Below are positions 17,086-26,405 of a stretch of 64,000 nucleotides of DNA, piece after piece. This DNA comes from an uncultured delta proteobacterium (GTDB taxonomy: Bacteria > Desulfobacterota > Binatia > UBA9968), in NCBI GenBank assembly GCA_963727625.1, contig CAVSHR010000006.1, positions 205,547 through 269,546 of the forward strand, read 5' to 3'. The translations under genes were made by a program, and so were the position numbers. The notes beneath the pieces are model-generated. The model had not been told where the DNA came from. It was given only the letters and a program-made list of their open reading frames with translations, and made no database searches. The stretch's first letter is position 1. The number at the start of each line of letters is the position of its first letter.

Positions 17086-18066
17086 ATGAAAACCATTCCA
17101 TGCCTAATCCTAATCATCGGGTTGATGGGCGGTGGCGCAATCGCCCAGGCGCAGCAGCCAAAGAAAATCCCGCGGATAGGATTCCTCTATAGCGTTACCT
17201 CTTCCTCGGTGGCGGCCCGCGCCGAGGCATTCCGGCAAGGTCTGCGCGAGCTTGGCTACATTGAAGGGAAGAACATTGTTATTGAGTGGCGATTTGCAGA
17301 GGGAAAACTAGATCGCCTCCCCGCGCTTGTGTCGGAGCTGGTGCGTCTTAAGGTAGACGTGATCGTCACGAGTGGCTCGTCACCAACCCGCTCTGCCAGG
17401 AAAGCAACTGTTTCGATTCCCATTGTGATGGCGCGCGAAACCGATCCTGTTGGGAATGGATTCGTCGCCAGCTTGGCGCGGCCTGGCGGGAACATCACTG
17501 GATTGTCAATTCTCGCCCCGGAGATAAGCGGGAAACAGGTGGGGCTTTTGAAGGAGATTGTTCCCAGGCTCTCACGCGTGGCCGTCCTCGGGACTTCGAC
17601 CACTCTAGGTTGGGCACACTCGTTAAACGAGATGGAGATCGCTGCGGGGGCATTGGGAGTGAAGCTTCAGTACCTAGATGTGCTAAATGTCAAAGACATT
17701 GTGACTGTATTCCGAGCCGCAATTGAGGAGCGTGCTGACGCAGTCCTCGTGCTAGGGAGCCCAATTTACGCTTCTCATCGAAATCAGATTGCGGGCATCG
17801 CGGTAAAAAGCCGGCTTCCGACGATATACCGCAATTCACAATATGTGGAAGCCGGGGGACTTATGTCCTACGGGGTGAACCTGCCCGACTTGGACCGGCG
17901 CGCCGCTATTTATGTGGACAAAATTCTGAAAGGCAGGAAACCCGCAGACCTTCCCGTAGAGCAACCGGTCAAGTTCGAGTTTGTCATCAACCTGAAAACA
18001 GCAAAGCAAATCGGACTCACGATTCCGCCCAATGTACTTGCGCGGGCGAATAAAGTAATAAGGTGA
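17086..18066 (+). CDS. PF04392-type SBP, paralogue 9 (start-stop coupled to the histidine kinase)
   Basis: Signal peptide ending AQAQQPKKIPRIGFL, then ARPGGNITG and [30 protein letters not shown]. Its stop TGA (18064-18066) overlaps GTG 18063 of the kinase ORF. Confidence 0.9.
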   Translation: MKTIPCLILIIGLMGGGAIAQAQQPKKIPRIGFLYSVTSSSVAARAEAFRQGLRELGYIEGKNIVIEWRFAEGKLDRLPALVSELVRLKVDVIVTSGSSPTRSARKATVSIPIVMARETDPVGNGFVASLARPGGNITGLSILAPEISGKQVGLLKEIVPRLSRVAVLGTSTTLGWAHSLNEMEIAAGALGVKLQYLDVLNVKDIVTVFRAAIEERADAVLVLGSPIYASHRNQIAGIAVKSRLPTIYRNSQYVEAGGLMSYGVNLPDLDRRAAIYVDKILKGRKPADLPVEQPVKFEFVINLKTAKQIGLTIPPNVLARANKVIR

Positions 18067-20492
18067 ATACACCGCCCATGAGCCACTGGACCGCAAAGCT
18101 TCGGCAAATGCCTTTCTTAAGAATCTTTGGAGCGCCGCGCCGAGGGCGGTTAGTGCGCGACTACTTTCTGATCTCGGTCATCTTAATTGGCGGCGGGCTG
18201 ATCACCAGCGGCCTCGTCGAAATCTATTTTCGCTATCACGAAAGCCGCGATCAGTTGGGCCGCTTGCAGAAAGAGATCGCCGCCGGCGCCGCCTTCAAGA
18301 TCGAGAGCTTCGTTCAGGAGATTCACAATACCCTCAAGGGCGCGACTAAAAGCCGCGACATCGCGCCCAAGGGACTCACTCCGGACTTTCGCTTCGAGCT
18401 CGAAAAACTTTTGCTGATCGCGCCGGCAGTGACCGAAGCCGTAGCGCTCAATGAGAAAGGCCGGATCCAAGTCCAGGCGTCGCGCCTGCGCACCGTGCTG
18501 CCCGACGCCAGAAAGGATCTTTCCGGCTCGGAACCGTTCAAACAAGCGCGCGAGGGAAAGTCCTATTTCGGCCGGGTCTACTTCGTGCGCGGCTCCGAGC
18601 CCTATATGACGATCGCGGTCCCGATCGAGCGCTTCGCCGGCGACGTCATCGGCGTGCTGCAAGCGGAAGTCAACCTTAAATACATCGGCGATGTCGTTTC
18701 GAGTATCACCATCGGCAAAGCGGGTTATGCCTACGCTGTGAGCCGATCCGGCGAACTGATCGCCCACCCCGACATCAGTTTGGTCTTGCAACGCCGCAAC
18801 GTGCGCCAATTGGCTGCCGTCAAAGCCGCCTTCGAGAGCCAGCCCGGAGTGGCGCCACTAGACGCACTCGTCACAAAAAATATTCAGGGAAAGGAAGTGC
18901 TGAGTTCGTTTGCGATCATTCCCGATTTCGGCTGGGCGGTGATCGTCGACCGGCCCTTGGCCGAGGCCTACGAAGCGCTCTATGCCTCGATGCTGCGCAC
19001 CGCCGCTCTGTTCCTGATCGGTCTCAGCATGGCGCTATTCGCCAGTTATTTTCTCGCCCGCCGCGTCGTGCAACCGGTGCGGATACTGCGCGAAGGCGTG
19101 GAGCGCATCGGTACCGGCGATCTCGGCTATCGGTTGAATCTCAAGACCGGCGACGAAATAGAAGTGCTCGCCGATGAATTCAACAAAATGACTTCCCAGC
19201 TCGAGGAATCTTACGCCAACTTGGAGCAGAAGGTCGAAGACCGCACGAGGGAGCTGACGGAGTCGCTGGAGCAGCAGACGGCGACCAGCGAAGTCCTGCG
19301 CGTCATCGCGGGATCGCCGAAAGATGTCCAACCGGTGCTTGACGTCGTGGCGGAGCGGGCAGCAAAGCTCTGCGACGCCGAGGACGCGATCATCTTTCGC
19401 GCCTTTGGCGATTACCATCAGAGAGTCGCCAAGTTTGGCTCGATTCCAGCCCCGGATTTTCCGGTGTCGATCACGCGCGGTTTTCCCGGCGGCCGAGCCA
19501 TTCTCGACCGGAAGACCGTTCACATCCATGATATCGAGGAGGTGCTCGAGACCGAATATACGGACGTCCGGTCGATTCAAAAAGAGATCGGGCAGCGCAC
19601 CGTGCTCGCCACGCCACTCTTGCGCGAGGGCGTCGCGATCGGCGCCATCGTCATTCGCCGCCTGCAAGTACGGCCGTTTACCGACAAGCAGATTGCGCTG
19701 CTCAAAACCTTCGCCGATCAGGCCGTGATCGCCATCGAAAACGTCCGTCTGTTCCAGGAGATTCAGGAGAAGAACGAACAGCTCGAGGCTGCCAGCCGAC
19801 ACAAATCTCAATTTCTCGCCAACGTCAGCCACGAGCTGCGCACGCCGCTCAATTCGATCATCGGCTTTACAAGAATAGTTTTGCGCCGCACGGAGGGCAA
19901 GATCGAAAGCCTGCAAAAAGAAAATCTGAAAAAAGTTTTGATCAGCGCAGATCATTTGCTGAGCCTGATCAACGAGCTGCTCGACCTGGCAAAGATCGAG
20001 GCGGGGCGGATGGAAGCCTACGCGGAAACGTTTAAAGTCGACGAGATCATCCGCATGGCCATGTCCACGGTCGAACCGATGCTTAGGAACGGCCGGGTAA
20101 ATCTGGTCACGGACATCGCTCCGGACATTCCGCCGCTGAAAACCGATCGAGACAAGCTCAAACAGTCCGTCCTCAATCTTCTCAGCAACGCCGTCAAGTT
20201 CACCGAGAGCGGCGAGATCAAGGTCACAGCGTGGCGAGACAATGGTTCTTTGAAGCTCACCGTATCCGATACCGGCATAGGCATGAACCCGGAAGCGCTC
20301 CGATACATCTTCGACGAGTTCCGCCAGGCTGACATGTCGAGCACGCGCAAATACGGCGGCACGGGCCTTGGCTTGGCCATTGTGAAAAAGTTCATCAATC
20401 TTATGGGCGGCGATATCGTCGTCGCAAGCGAAGAAGGCAAAGGATCGACGTTCACGATCACGATGCCGCTGGAACTGAAAATTCAAGGGTAA
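18063..20492 (+). CDS. Sensor histidine kinase (2 TM + periplasmic Cache-like region, HAMP, GAF, HisKA, HATPase_c)
   Basis: 809 aa. TM1 is FLISVILIGGGLITSGLVEIYF, followed by about 270 aa of periplasmic sequence and TM2. Then HAMP (GTGDLGYRLNLKTGDEIEVLADEFNKM), GAF (TATSEVLRVIAGSPKDVQPVLD...), H-box SHELRTPLNSIIGF, and N/G boxes (LLSNAVKFT, DTGIGM, GGTGLGLAIV). An alternative start is ATG 18078. Confidence 0.9.
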   Translation: MNTPPMSHWTAKLRQMPFLRIFGAPRRGRLVRDYFLISVILIGGGLITSGLVEIYFRYHESRDQLGRLQKEIAAGAAFKIESFVQEIHNTLKGATKSRDIAPKGLTPDFRFELEKLLLIAPAVTEAVALNEKGRIQVQASRLRTVLPDARKDLSGSEPFKQAREGKSYFGRVYFVRGSEPYMTIAVPIERFAGDVIGVLQAEVNLKYIGDVVSSITIGKAGYAYAVSRSGELIAHPDISLVLQRRNVRQLAAVKAAFESQPGVAPLDALVTKNIQGKEVLSSFAIIPDFGWAVIVDRPLAEAYEALYASMLRTAALFLIGLSMALFASYFLARRVVQPVRILREGVERIGTGDLGYRLNLKTGDEIEVLADEFNKMTSQLEESYANLEQKVEDRTRELTESLEQQTATSEVLRVIAGSPKDVQPVLDVVAERAAKLCDAEDAIIFRAFGDYHQRVAKFGSIPAPDFPVSITRGFPGGRAILDRKTVHIHDIEEVLETEYTDVRSIQKEIGQRTVLATPLLREGVAIGAIVIRRLQVRPFTDKQIALLKTFADQAVIAIENVRLFQEIQEKNEQLEAASRHKSQFLANVSHELRTPLNSIIGFTRIVLRRTEGKIESLQKENLKKVLISADHLLSLINELLDLAKIEAGRMEAYAETFKVDEIIRMAMSTVEPMLRNGRVNLVTDIAPDIPPLKTDRDKLKQSVLNLLSNAVKFTESGEIKVTAWRDNGSLKLTVSDTGIGMNPEALRYIFDEFRQADMSSTRKYGGTGLGLAIVKKFINLMGGDIVVASEEGKGSTFTITMPLELKIQG

Positions 20493-20650
20493 GACGGCAA
20501 GAGTAAGAGACCGGGCGTAAGGCAAGTAATGCAGGATCTCTCGAGGAATTTAATCCTGAGCCGATTCGACTTTGCGTCGGGTAAACTTCGCCGAAGGCCT
20601 CAAAAATGTTTTTGGCTTTGCCAGTGGAAGCACCCCGAAGGGAAAAAATA

Positions 20651-21625
20651 ATGCGACAGTGGTTCATCTTCTTCGTACTGCTCGCCGTTAGCGTTTCACG
20701 AACTTGCGATGTGATTGCAGCCGAGCGCGCCCTGCCGGTCAGGATCGGCGTGCTTACGGAGGGATTTGGGCCGACCACCGGTGCAGTAGGCCTGCGGGAT
20801 GGGCTTAAGGGACTTGGTTACCGGGAGGATAAAGATTTCGTGATCGGCGTCCGATTTACTCAGGGCGATGCCTTGGCGCTTCCCGAGGCGGTTAGGAAAC
20901 TTATCCGGCAAGGAGTGGATATTCTGATCACAGAGGGACGGAGCGCAGCAAAGGCAGCTCAACTGGAAACCAAAGTATTGCCGATCGTCTTTGCCGGAGG
21001 TGGCGATCCGGTCGGGTTCGGTCTGATTCGGAGCTTTGCCCGTCCTGGAACTAATATTACGGGTGTAAGCGATCTCGATATTGAGTTGGGCCCCAAGCGC
21101 CTTGAGATTTTTAAGGAGATGATCCCCGAGCTAAATCGTGTGTTATTCCCCTACGATGCGACCGATGCCTACAGCGTTTCCGAGGCGAAGGCGTATCGCG
21201 ATGCCGCGCGTCGGCTCAGAATCGCGCTGATTGAGAAAGAGCTGCGCACTGAGGATGAGGCAAAATCGGTCCTGGGCAAGTTAAGAAAAGGCGACATCCA
21301 CGGCATCCTGTCACCACGTCCGATGACAGCGAATATTCCTGGATACGTCCGCGAGGCGGGTTCCCGGTCTTCCATACCGACGATGTTTGCCGCGACTTTT
21401 TTTGCGGAGAATGGTGGCCTCGCAAGTTACACTCCCAATTCCTACGAATCCGGCCGAATGGCGGCGCGGCTGGTGGACAAGATTCTAAAAGGCGAGAGTC
21501 CCGGTAAAATCCCCGTGGAGGTGAACAACAAGATCGAACTGGTTATCAACCTGAAGGTTGCGAAGGCATTGGGGATCAAGATCGCCCCGCAGGCGTTGTA
21601 TAAGGCAAACCGAGTCATCCGATGA
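20651..21625 (+). CDS. PF04392-type SBP, paralogue 10 (divergent)
   Basis: Signal peptide MRQWFIFFVLLAVSVS, then VRIGVL, LKGLGYREDKD, ARPGTNITG and IELVINLKVAKALGIKIAPQALYKANRVIR. Confidence 0.85.
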   Translation: MRQWFIFFVLLAVSVSRTCDVIAAERALPVRIGVLTEGFGPTTGAVGLRDGLKGLGYREDKDFVIGVRFTQGDALALPEAVRKLIRQGVDILITEGRSAAKAAQLETKVLPIVFAGGGDPVGFGLIRSFARPGTNITGVSDLDIELGPKRLEIFKEMIPELNRVLFPYDATDAYSVSEAKAYRDAARRLRIALIEKELRTEDEAKSVLGKLRKGDIHGILSPRPMTANIPGYVREAGSRSSIPTMFAATFFAENGGLASYTPNSYESGRMAARLVDKILKGESPGKIPVEVNNKIELVINLKVAKALGIKIAPQALYKANRVIR

Positions 21626-21691
21626 CTCACTGACATAGCGCAGAATGAAAATTGCAAAATGCAGACTGCCAAGCAGAGAGGAGACCAAGAG

Positions 21692-22249
21692 ATGAGTAAT
21701 TCAATGGCGTATCGGAAGGTTTTGTTTTTCTTGATCCTGCTCCTGGCCGGCGGGCTAGGTATGGCCGGTGCCGCTTGGGCCATTGAGGTGGGCGACCGGG
21801 CGCCCGACTTCAAGCTGCCGGCGACCACCGGGGTGGATATTTCGCTGAGCGAGTTCCGAGGCAAGAAATGGGTGCTGGTCGAGTTCTATGGCGCGGATTT
21901 CCAGCCCACCTGAGCGGCGAACCTGACGGCCAGGAAGGCCGACTACAACCGGTTCCAGGCCCTGGGTGTCCAGAACCTTGGCATCAGCGCCAATGCGACC
22001 TTCTCGCAGCAGACCTTCGCCGACTCGCTAAAGCTGCCGTTTCCACTGCTCAGCGACTTTCAGGAGCGCAAGGTCATCCGCAGTTACGGTGTGCTTAACG
22101 ACAAGCTTATGATCGCGAATAGGTCGTTTTTTCTTATCGACCCGCAAGGAATCATCCGCAAGAAATGGATCATCAATAATCCAGCGGTGACGGTTGTCTA
22201 TAGCCCCACTTTGCTCAAGGATATCGAGGAGATCGTCGGCAAGAAATAA
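21692..22249 (+). CDS. Secreted BCP/PrxQ-type peroxiredoxin with in-frame UGA (candidate selenocysteine), second copy
   Basis: Track ORF 21659..21913 ends at TGA 21911-21913. The same frame stays open to TAA 22247-22249 and reads ...WVLVEFYGADFQPT-U-AANLTARKADYNRFQALGVQNLGISANATFSQQTFADSLKLPFPLLSDFQERKVIRSYGVL...NRSFFLIDPQGIIRKKW.... The downstream half has no Met and is therefore absent from the track. Confidence 0.75.
21927..21941 (+). promoter_or_regulatory. SECIS-like hairpin after the Prx-2 UGA
   Basis: CGGCC-AGGAA-GGCCG starts 13 nt after the UGA. Confidence 0.3.
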
Positions 22250-22341
22250 ATTGGCTCGCGGGCTATCGACGCGGGCTCGTCAGCACGTGCTGGCGCGTCC
22301 CTGGGATAGTGGGGCCCGATTCGACGATACGAAACGATAAA

Positions 22342-22905
22342 ATGAGCAATCGAACGCGGCAGGAAATCGCAGGATTTCTAATTGTGATCGTGGCGATCCT
22401 CGGCACTCCGCCGGAGAATCACGCCGCGGCGCCGGATATGTTGGGGAAACTCCATCTCTCCACCTACCCTCGCGTCACAAAACCGCCAAAGTTCAATGGC
22501 ACCACTATCGATGGCCGGAAGGTATCTCTGGTTTCTCTGGTCGGCAAGGTTGTTGTCGTCAATTTCTGGGCGACCTGGTGCCAAGAATGCCGACTTGAGA
22601 TGCCCATGTTCGAGCAGATGCACCGCGAGTTCGCGGTGCATGGACTCAGTGTTATCGGGATCAATGCTCGCGAAGGGCCAGTGGCCATCCGTGCATACGC
22701 CAAAGAGCTCCGCTTAACTTTTCCCCTGTTGCTCGATCCAAAGGGAGAGATCAATGCGGCTTACGGAGTCGTCGGTCTACCGGCTACTTTTCTCATTGGT
22801 CGCGACAGACGCGCGGTTGCGCGGGCCGTCGGACCGAGAGAGTGGACGAGCAACCCCGCCATCGTCATTATCAGAACGCTCCTGAACGAGCCAATGGACC
22901 GATAA
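22342..22905 (+). CDS. TlpA/ResA-like periplasmic thiol:disulfide oxidoreductase
   Basis: Membrane anchor or signal sequence, then VVVNFWATWCQECRLEMP (CxxC) and GLPATFLIGRD. Confidence 0.85.
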   Translation: MSNRTRQEIAGFLIVIVAILGTPPENHAAAPDMLGKLHLSTYPRVTKPPKFNGTTIDGRKVSLVSLVGKVVVVNFWATWCQECRLEMPMFEQMHREFAVHGLSVIGINAREGPVAIRAYAKELRLTFPLLLDPKGEINAAYGVVGLPATFLIGRDRRAVARAVGPREWTSNPAIVIIRTLLNEPMDR

Positions 22906-22932
22906 GAGCCACCCACTCTGGAGGTAACCAAC

Positions 22933-23298
22933 ATGGAAATGAAAAAAATTCTCGTGGTCGATGACACGGATTGGAACCGCGACCTGCTGGTTCAGCTTCT
23001 GGAGGAAGACTACGAGATACTTCAGGCCGTTGACGGTGCCGAAGGCGTGAGAATAACGGAGCAGAGCAAGCCCGATCTGATCCTCATGGATCTCGGCATG
23101 CCGGTCATGGATGGATGGGAAGCGAGCCGGAGAATCAAAGCCGACCCCGGGCTCAAGCATATTCCGATTATCGCGGTTACGTCCCACGCCATGGTCGGCG
23201 ACGAGATCGAGGCCCGCAAGGCCGGCTGCGACGATTACCTGCCCAAGCCGATCGATGAAGATTTGCTGCTGCAAAAGATCAAAAAATTTCTCGAATAA
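22933..23298 (+). CDS. Stand-alone CheY-like response-regulator receiver
   Basis: 121 aa with ILVVDD, DLILMDLGMPVMDG, and KAGCDDYLPKPI. Confidence 0.9.
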   Translation: MEMKKILVVDDTDWNRDLLVQLLEEDYEILQAVDGAEGVRITEQSKPDLILMDLGMPVMDGWEASRRIKADPGLKHIPIIAVTSHAMVGDEIEARKAGCDDYLPKPIDEDLLLQKIKKFLE

Positions 23299-23341
23299 AT
23301 CAACGATGGCTTATTCGAGTTCAATCGCGCAAAGGTGAGAT

Positions 23342-24424
23342 ATGTTAAACAAGATCCTCATCGTCGACGATGAGCCGTTTAATCTCGACCTCCTCGAGCA
23401 AGAGCTGGGCGACTACGACTACGTGATTGAAAGAGCGACTGATGGCACCGAGGCGCTGGAGAAAACCGCTAGTTTCGAGCCCGATGTCATATTGCTCGAT
23501 TACATGATGCCGCGCATGAACGGGCTCGAAGTCGTCAAACGGCTGCGCGAAAACCCGCAGCATAAGGGCATCCCGGTTATTCTGCTCACGGCCAAGGCAA
23601 CGCAGGAAGACAAAGTGCGCGGCCTCGACGCCGGCGCCGATGACTACGTGACCAAACCTTTCGACTCGATCGAGCTATTGGCGCGGGTGCGCGCCATGTT
23701 GCGGCTCAAGGAAATGCACGACCAACTTGAAGAATGGAACCGAACCCTCGCCGAAAAGGTGCAGGAACAGGTGCACGAGATCGAACGCATGGCCCGCCTC
23801 AAGCGCTATCTCTCGCCGCAAATCGCCGAGACCATCCTTGGCTCGGACGACTCGCTGTTCAAGACCCACCGGCGTGAAATTACCATCGTGTTTCTCGATC
23901 TCAGGGGATTTACCGCCTTCTCCGACAGCGCCGAGCCCGAAGAGGTCATGGAATTTTTGCGCCATTACCACGCCGAGATGGGCCAGTTAGTCTTCAAGTT
24001 CGAGGGCACATTGGAACGTTTCGTGGGCGACGGGATTGTGATAATTTTCAATGATCCGATTCCCTGCGAAAATTACGCCGAGAAGGCGGCGCGAATGGCG
24101 CTGGAGATGCGCGACCGGGTGAAGGAGCTGCGTGCCGCCTGGCGCAAAAAGGGATATGACCTGGATTTGGGCGTCGGCCTGGCGTGCGGTTACGCAACCC
24201 TGGGGACCATGGGCTTCGAAGGACGCATGGACTACGGCACGGTGGGTAATCTGCCGAATCTGGCGGCGCGCCTATGCGCCGAGGCCAAAGGCGGACAGAT
24301 CCTTACCGACCAGAAAACCATGAGTCGATTGGAAGACGGGTTTGCAGCGGAATCGATCCAGGAGCTAAATCTCAAAGGCATCAACCGCCCGGTTACGGCT
24401 TTCAATATCACGGGCGCCAAATAG
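23342..24424 (+). CDS. Response-regulator receiver fused to a class III adenylate/guanylate cyclase (CHD) domain
   Basis: Receiver (ILIVDDE...LLDYMMPRMNG...DAGADDYVTKPF), a coiled linker, then a CHD domain (ITIVFLDLRGFTAFS...ERFVGDGIVIIFNDP...GTVGNLPNLAARL). Confidence 0.9.
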   Translation: MLNKILIVDDEPFNLDLLEQELGDYDYVIERATDGTEALEKTASFEPDVILLDYMMPRMNGLEVVKRLRENPQHKGIPVILLTAKATQEDKVRGLDAGADDYVTKPFDSIELLARVRAMLRLKEMHDQLEEWNRTLAEKVQEQVHEIERMARLKRYLSPQIAETILGSDDSLFKTHRREITIVFLDLRGFTAFSDSAEPEEVMEFLRHYHAEMGQLVFKFEGTLERFVGDGIVIIFNDPIPCENYAEKAARMALEMRDRVKELRAAWRKKGYDLDLGVGLACGYATLGTMGFEGRMDYGTVGNLPNLAARLCAEAKGGQILTDQKTMSRLEDGFAAESIQELNLKGINRPVTAFNITGAK

Positions 24425-24433
24425 CAGGCAGCG

Positions 24434-25366
24434 ATGCGCGGAAAACTTCAACGCGAAGCGAAAAACAAGCGGCCCTTTCGGGTAAAATTCTGGGGCGTGC
24501 GGGGAAGCTATCCGACGGTCGATCCCGATACACTCGCGGTCGGCGGAAACACTTCCTGCGTCGAAGTCGAAGTCGACGGCCGCCGCTTGATCTTCGATGC
24601 CGGCACCGGGATCATCCCGCTCGGCAAAGAGCTGTGCGACGGCGCGGTCGCGCCGCCGACGGCTTATATTTTTTTGAGCCACACCCATATCGATCATGTC
24701 ATGGGACTGTGTTTTTTCGAGCCGCTGCTGACCCCGAAGGCGCATTCTTTCATACTCGGTCCCGGCAATACCCGCGGCGCTCTGACGCGCAGTTTGCGGC
24801 ACTTGACTCACAGCCATCTGTTTCCGGTTTCGCTCGACGAGCTTAAAGGAAAGAAAGAAATCTTTTCCCTCGCCGGCGGCGAATCGATTCGCTTCGGCAC
24901 GACCGCGCGTCGACCGAAAATCGAGTCGGCGAAATCAGCGACTGTCGCCAACGGCGACGAGCTCGTCATCACCACCTGCAAAAGTCCGGCGCATCCACTC
25001 AACGGCGTCATGCTGTATCGGGTTCACTACCGCAACAAGAGTTTCGTCTACGCCACCGATATTGAACAGAAGGAGGGCGGCTATCGAGAGATCATCGAGT
25101 TCGTCCGCGGCACAGACCTGCTGGTTCACGATGCCCAATATCTTTCTGAAGAATATTCGGGACGCGCTAAACCGCGCAAAGGCTGGGGCCACAGCACCAT
25201 CGAAATGGCTGCCGAGGTTGCCCGAAAGGCCAAGGTCAAACGGCTCTTGCTGTTCCACCACGAGCCAACCCACGACGACAAGACCATGAAGAAGATCGAA
25301 AAGCAGACAAAACTGCTCTTTCGCTCGACCGAGGTCGCCCATGAAGGTATGGAAATCACTCTTTAG
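24434..25366 (+). CDS. MBL-fold metallo-hydrolase
   Basis: 310 aa with the HxHxDH motif (FLSHTHIDHVMG) and later HDAQY / GHST metal-ligand-type motifs. Substrate unknown. Confidence 0.8.
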   Translation: MRGKLQREAKNKRPFRVKFWGVRGSYPTVDPDTLAVGGNTSCVEVEVDGRRLIFDAGTGIIPLGKELCDGAVAPPTAYIFLSHTHIDHVMGLCFFEPLLTPKAHSFILGPGNTRGALTRSLRHLTHSHLFPVSLDELKGKKEIFSLAGGESIRFGTTARRPKIESAKSATVANGDELVITTCKSPAHPLNGVMLYRVHYRNKSFVYATDIEQKEGGYREIIEFVRGTDLLVHDAQYLSEEYSGRAKPRKGWGHSTIEMAAEVARKAKVKRLLLFHHEPTHDDKTMKKIEKQTKLLFRSTEVAHEGMEITL

Positions 25367-26402
25367 TCGAACTACAACCGCACCCGATCCGCACAATCAA
25401 TCGTCCGCTACGGGCCCCAGCCGCCGCCTAGACGGGCGTCTGCTCGCCACATCGTTCATGGCACTGTTTCTTCTGCAGCCGCTGTGCACCTTCGCCCAGG
25501 CGCCGGCCCGCGTGGGGATTTTAGTTCGGGAACTGGGCCGTGCTCAGTTCCAGGCGATCAAGGGCCTGACGGAGGAACTCAAACGGCTGGGCTATATAAA
25601 CCGGGAAAATCTCGTTTTGGAAACTCGTAACGTCAAGGGCAGCCGGGCCGCGTTGCAACCCGCGGCCGCCGAGTTAATCGGCCAAAAGGTCGATCTGATT
25701 TTCACCACGGGGACCAGCGCCACCCGCGCGGCCGTGACCGCGACCCGGGAGATTCCAGTTGTGTTTGTTCACCCAGGCGACCCGGTTGCTTCCGGCTTGT
25801 TCAAAAGCGCCGAACTGCGGTCGGCAAACTTGACGGGCGTCGCGGCTTACGCCGGTGAAACCACCGAAAAGAGATTGGCGCTTTTCAATGAAATCTTTCC
25901 TGGGCTCCGAAAGGTCGTGGTCTTCTTTGATGGTAACAATGCCTCTTCGCGCGATAAGTACAAGATGGTCGAAAACTTAGCAAAAAAATCTCATCTCGAA
26001 GCGGCCGCCTTTGCGGTTAAATCCGCCGACGAGTTGCGTACCACCATCGCTAACTTGCACCCTGGAAACGGAATGGGCGTGTTTCAAGTGGCCGATGAGT
26101 TGGTTGAGAGCGAAGCGGAGTTTCTTTTTCAAAACGCTCGGGTGAAGAAAATCGCTACGATGTTCAACGAAGAATCGTGGGCGATTAACGGAGCGCTTGC
26201 CGCTTATGGGCCCAATTACTTTGAAATGGGTCGTCAAGCGGGCGGCCTCGCCGCGAAGATTATCAAAGGGAAGCGCCCGTCCTCCTTGCCGATCGAGCAC
26301 GCAACCCAATTCGATCTGACGCTCAATTATCGCACCAGTCGATTTATCGGCGTGCCGCTTCCCAGGAAGCTGATTAAAAAAGCAAACAAAGTCATTCGCT
26401 AG
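25341..26402 (+). CDS. PF04392-type SBP, paralogue 11 (most divergent)
   Basis: Hydrophobic leader FMALFLLQPLCTFAQAPARVGILV, then LKRLGYINRENL and a C-terminus FDLTLNYRTSRFIGVPLPRKLIKKANKVIR. The start is uncertain, since the ORF overlaps the MBL gene by 26 nt. Confidence 0.75.
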   Translation: MKVWKSLFSRTTTAPDPHNQSSATGPSRRLDGRLLATSFMALFLLQPLCTFAQAPARVGILVRELGRAQFQAIKGLTEELKRLGYINRENLVLETRNVKGSRAALQPAAAELIGQKVDLIFTTGTSATRAAVTATREIPVVFVHPGDPVASGLFKSAELRSANLTGVAAYAGETTEKRLALFNEIFPGLRKVVVFFDGNNASSRDKYKMVENLAKKSHLEAAAFAVKSADELRTTIANLHPGNGMGVFQVADELVESEAEFLFQNARVKKIATMFNEESWAINGALAAYGPNYFEMGRQAGGLAAKIIKGKRPSSLPIEHATQFDLTLNYRTSRFIGVPLPRKLIKKANKVIR

Positions 26403-26405
26403 GCT

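Noticed and set aside
19035-20525. Long antisense ORFs, for example 19035..20525(-), 37143..38309(+), 62196..63179(-), 44311..45201(+), 29686..30381(-) and 16107..16733(-).
   Set aside because: They lie opposite genes with strong family signatures. Their translations are Arg/Ala/Gly-rich with no motifs. These are typical shadow ORFs of GC-rich DNA.
5525-26402. Calling the SBP genes components of a functional tryptophan/tyrosine-type ABC importer, which is a common automatic annotation for PF04392.
   Set aside because: No permease or ATPase partner is present in the window, and substrate specificity cannot be read from the sequence. Only the fold and family are claimed.
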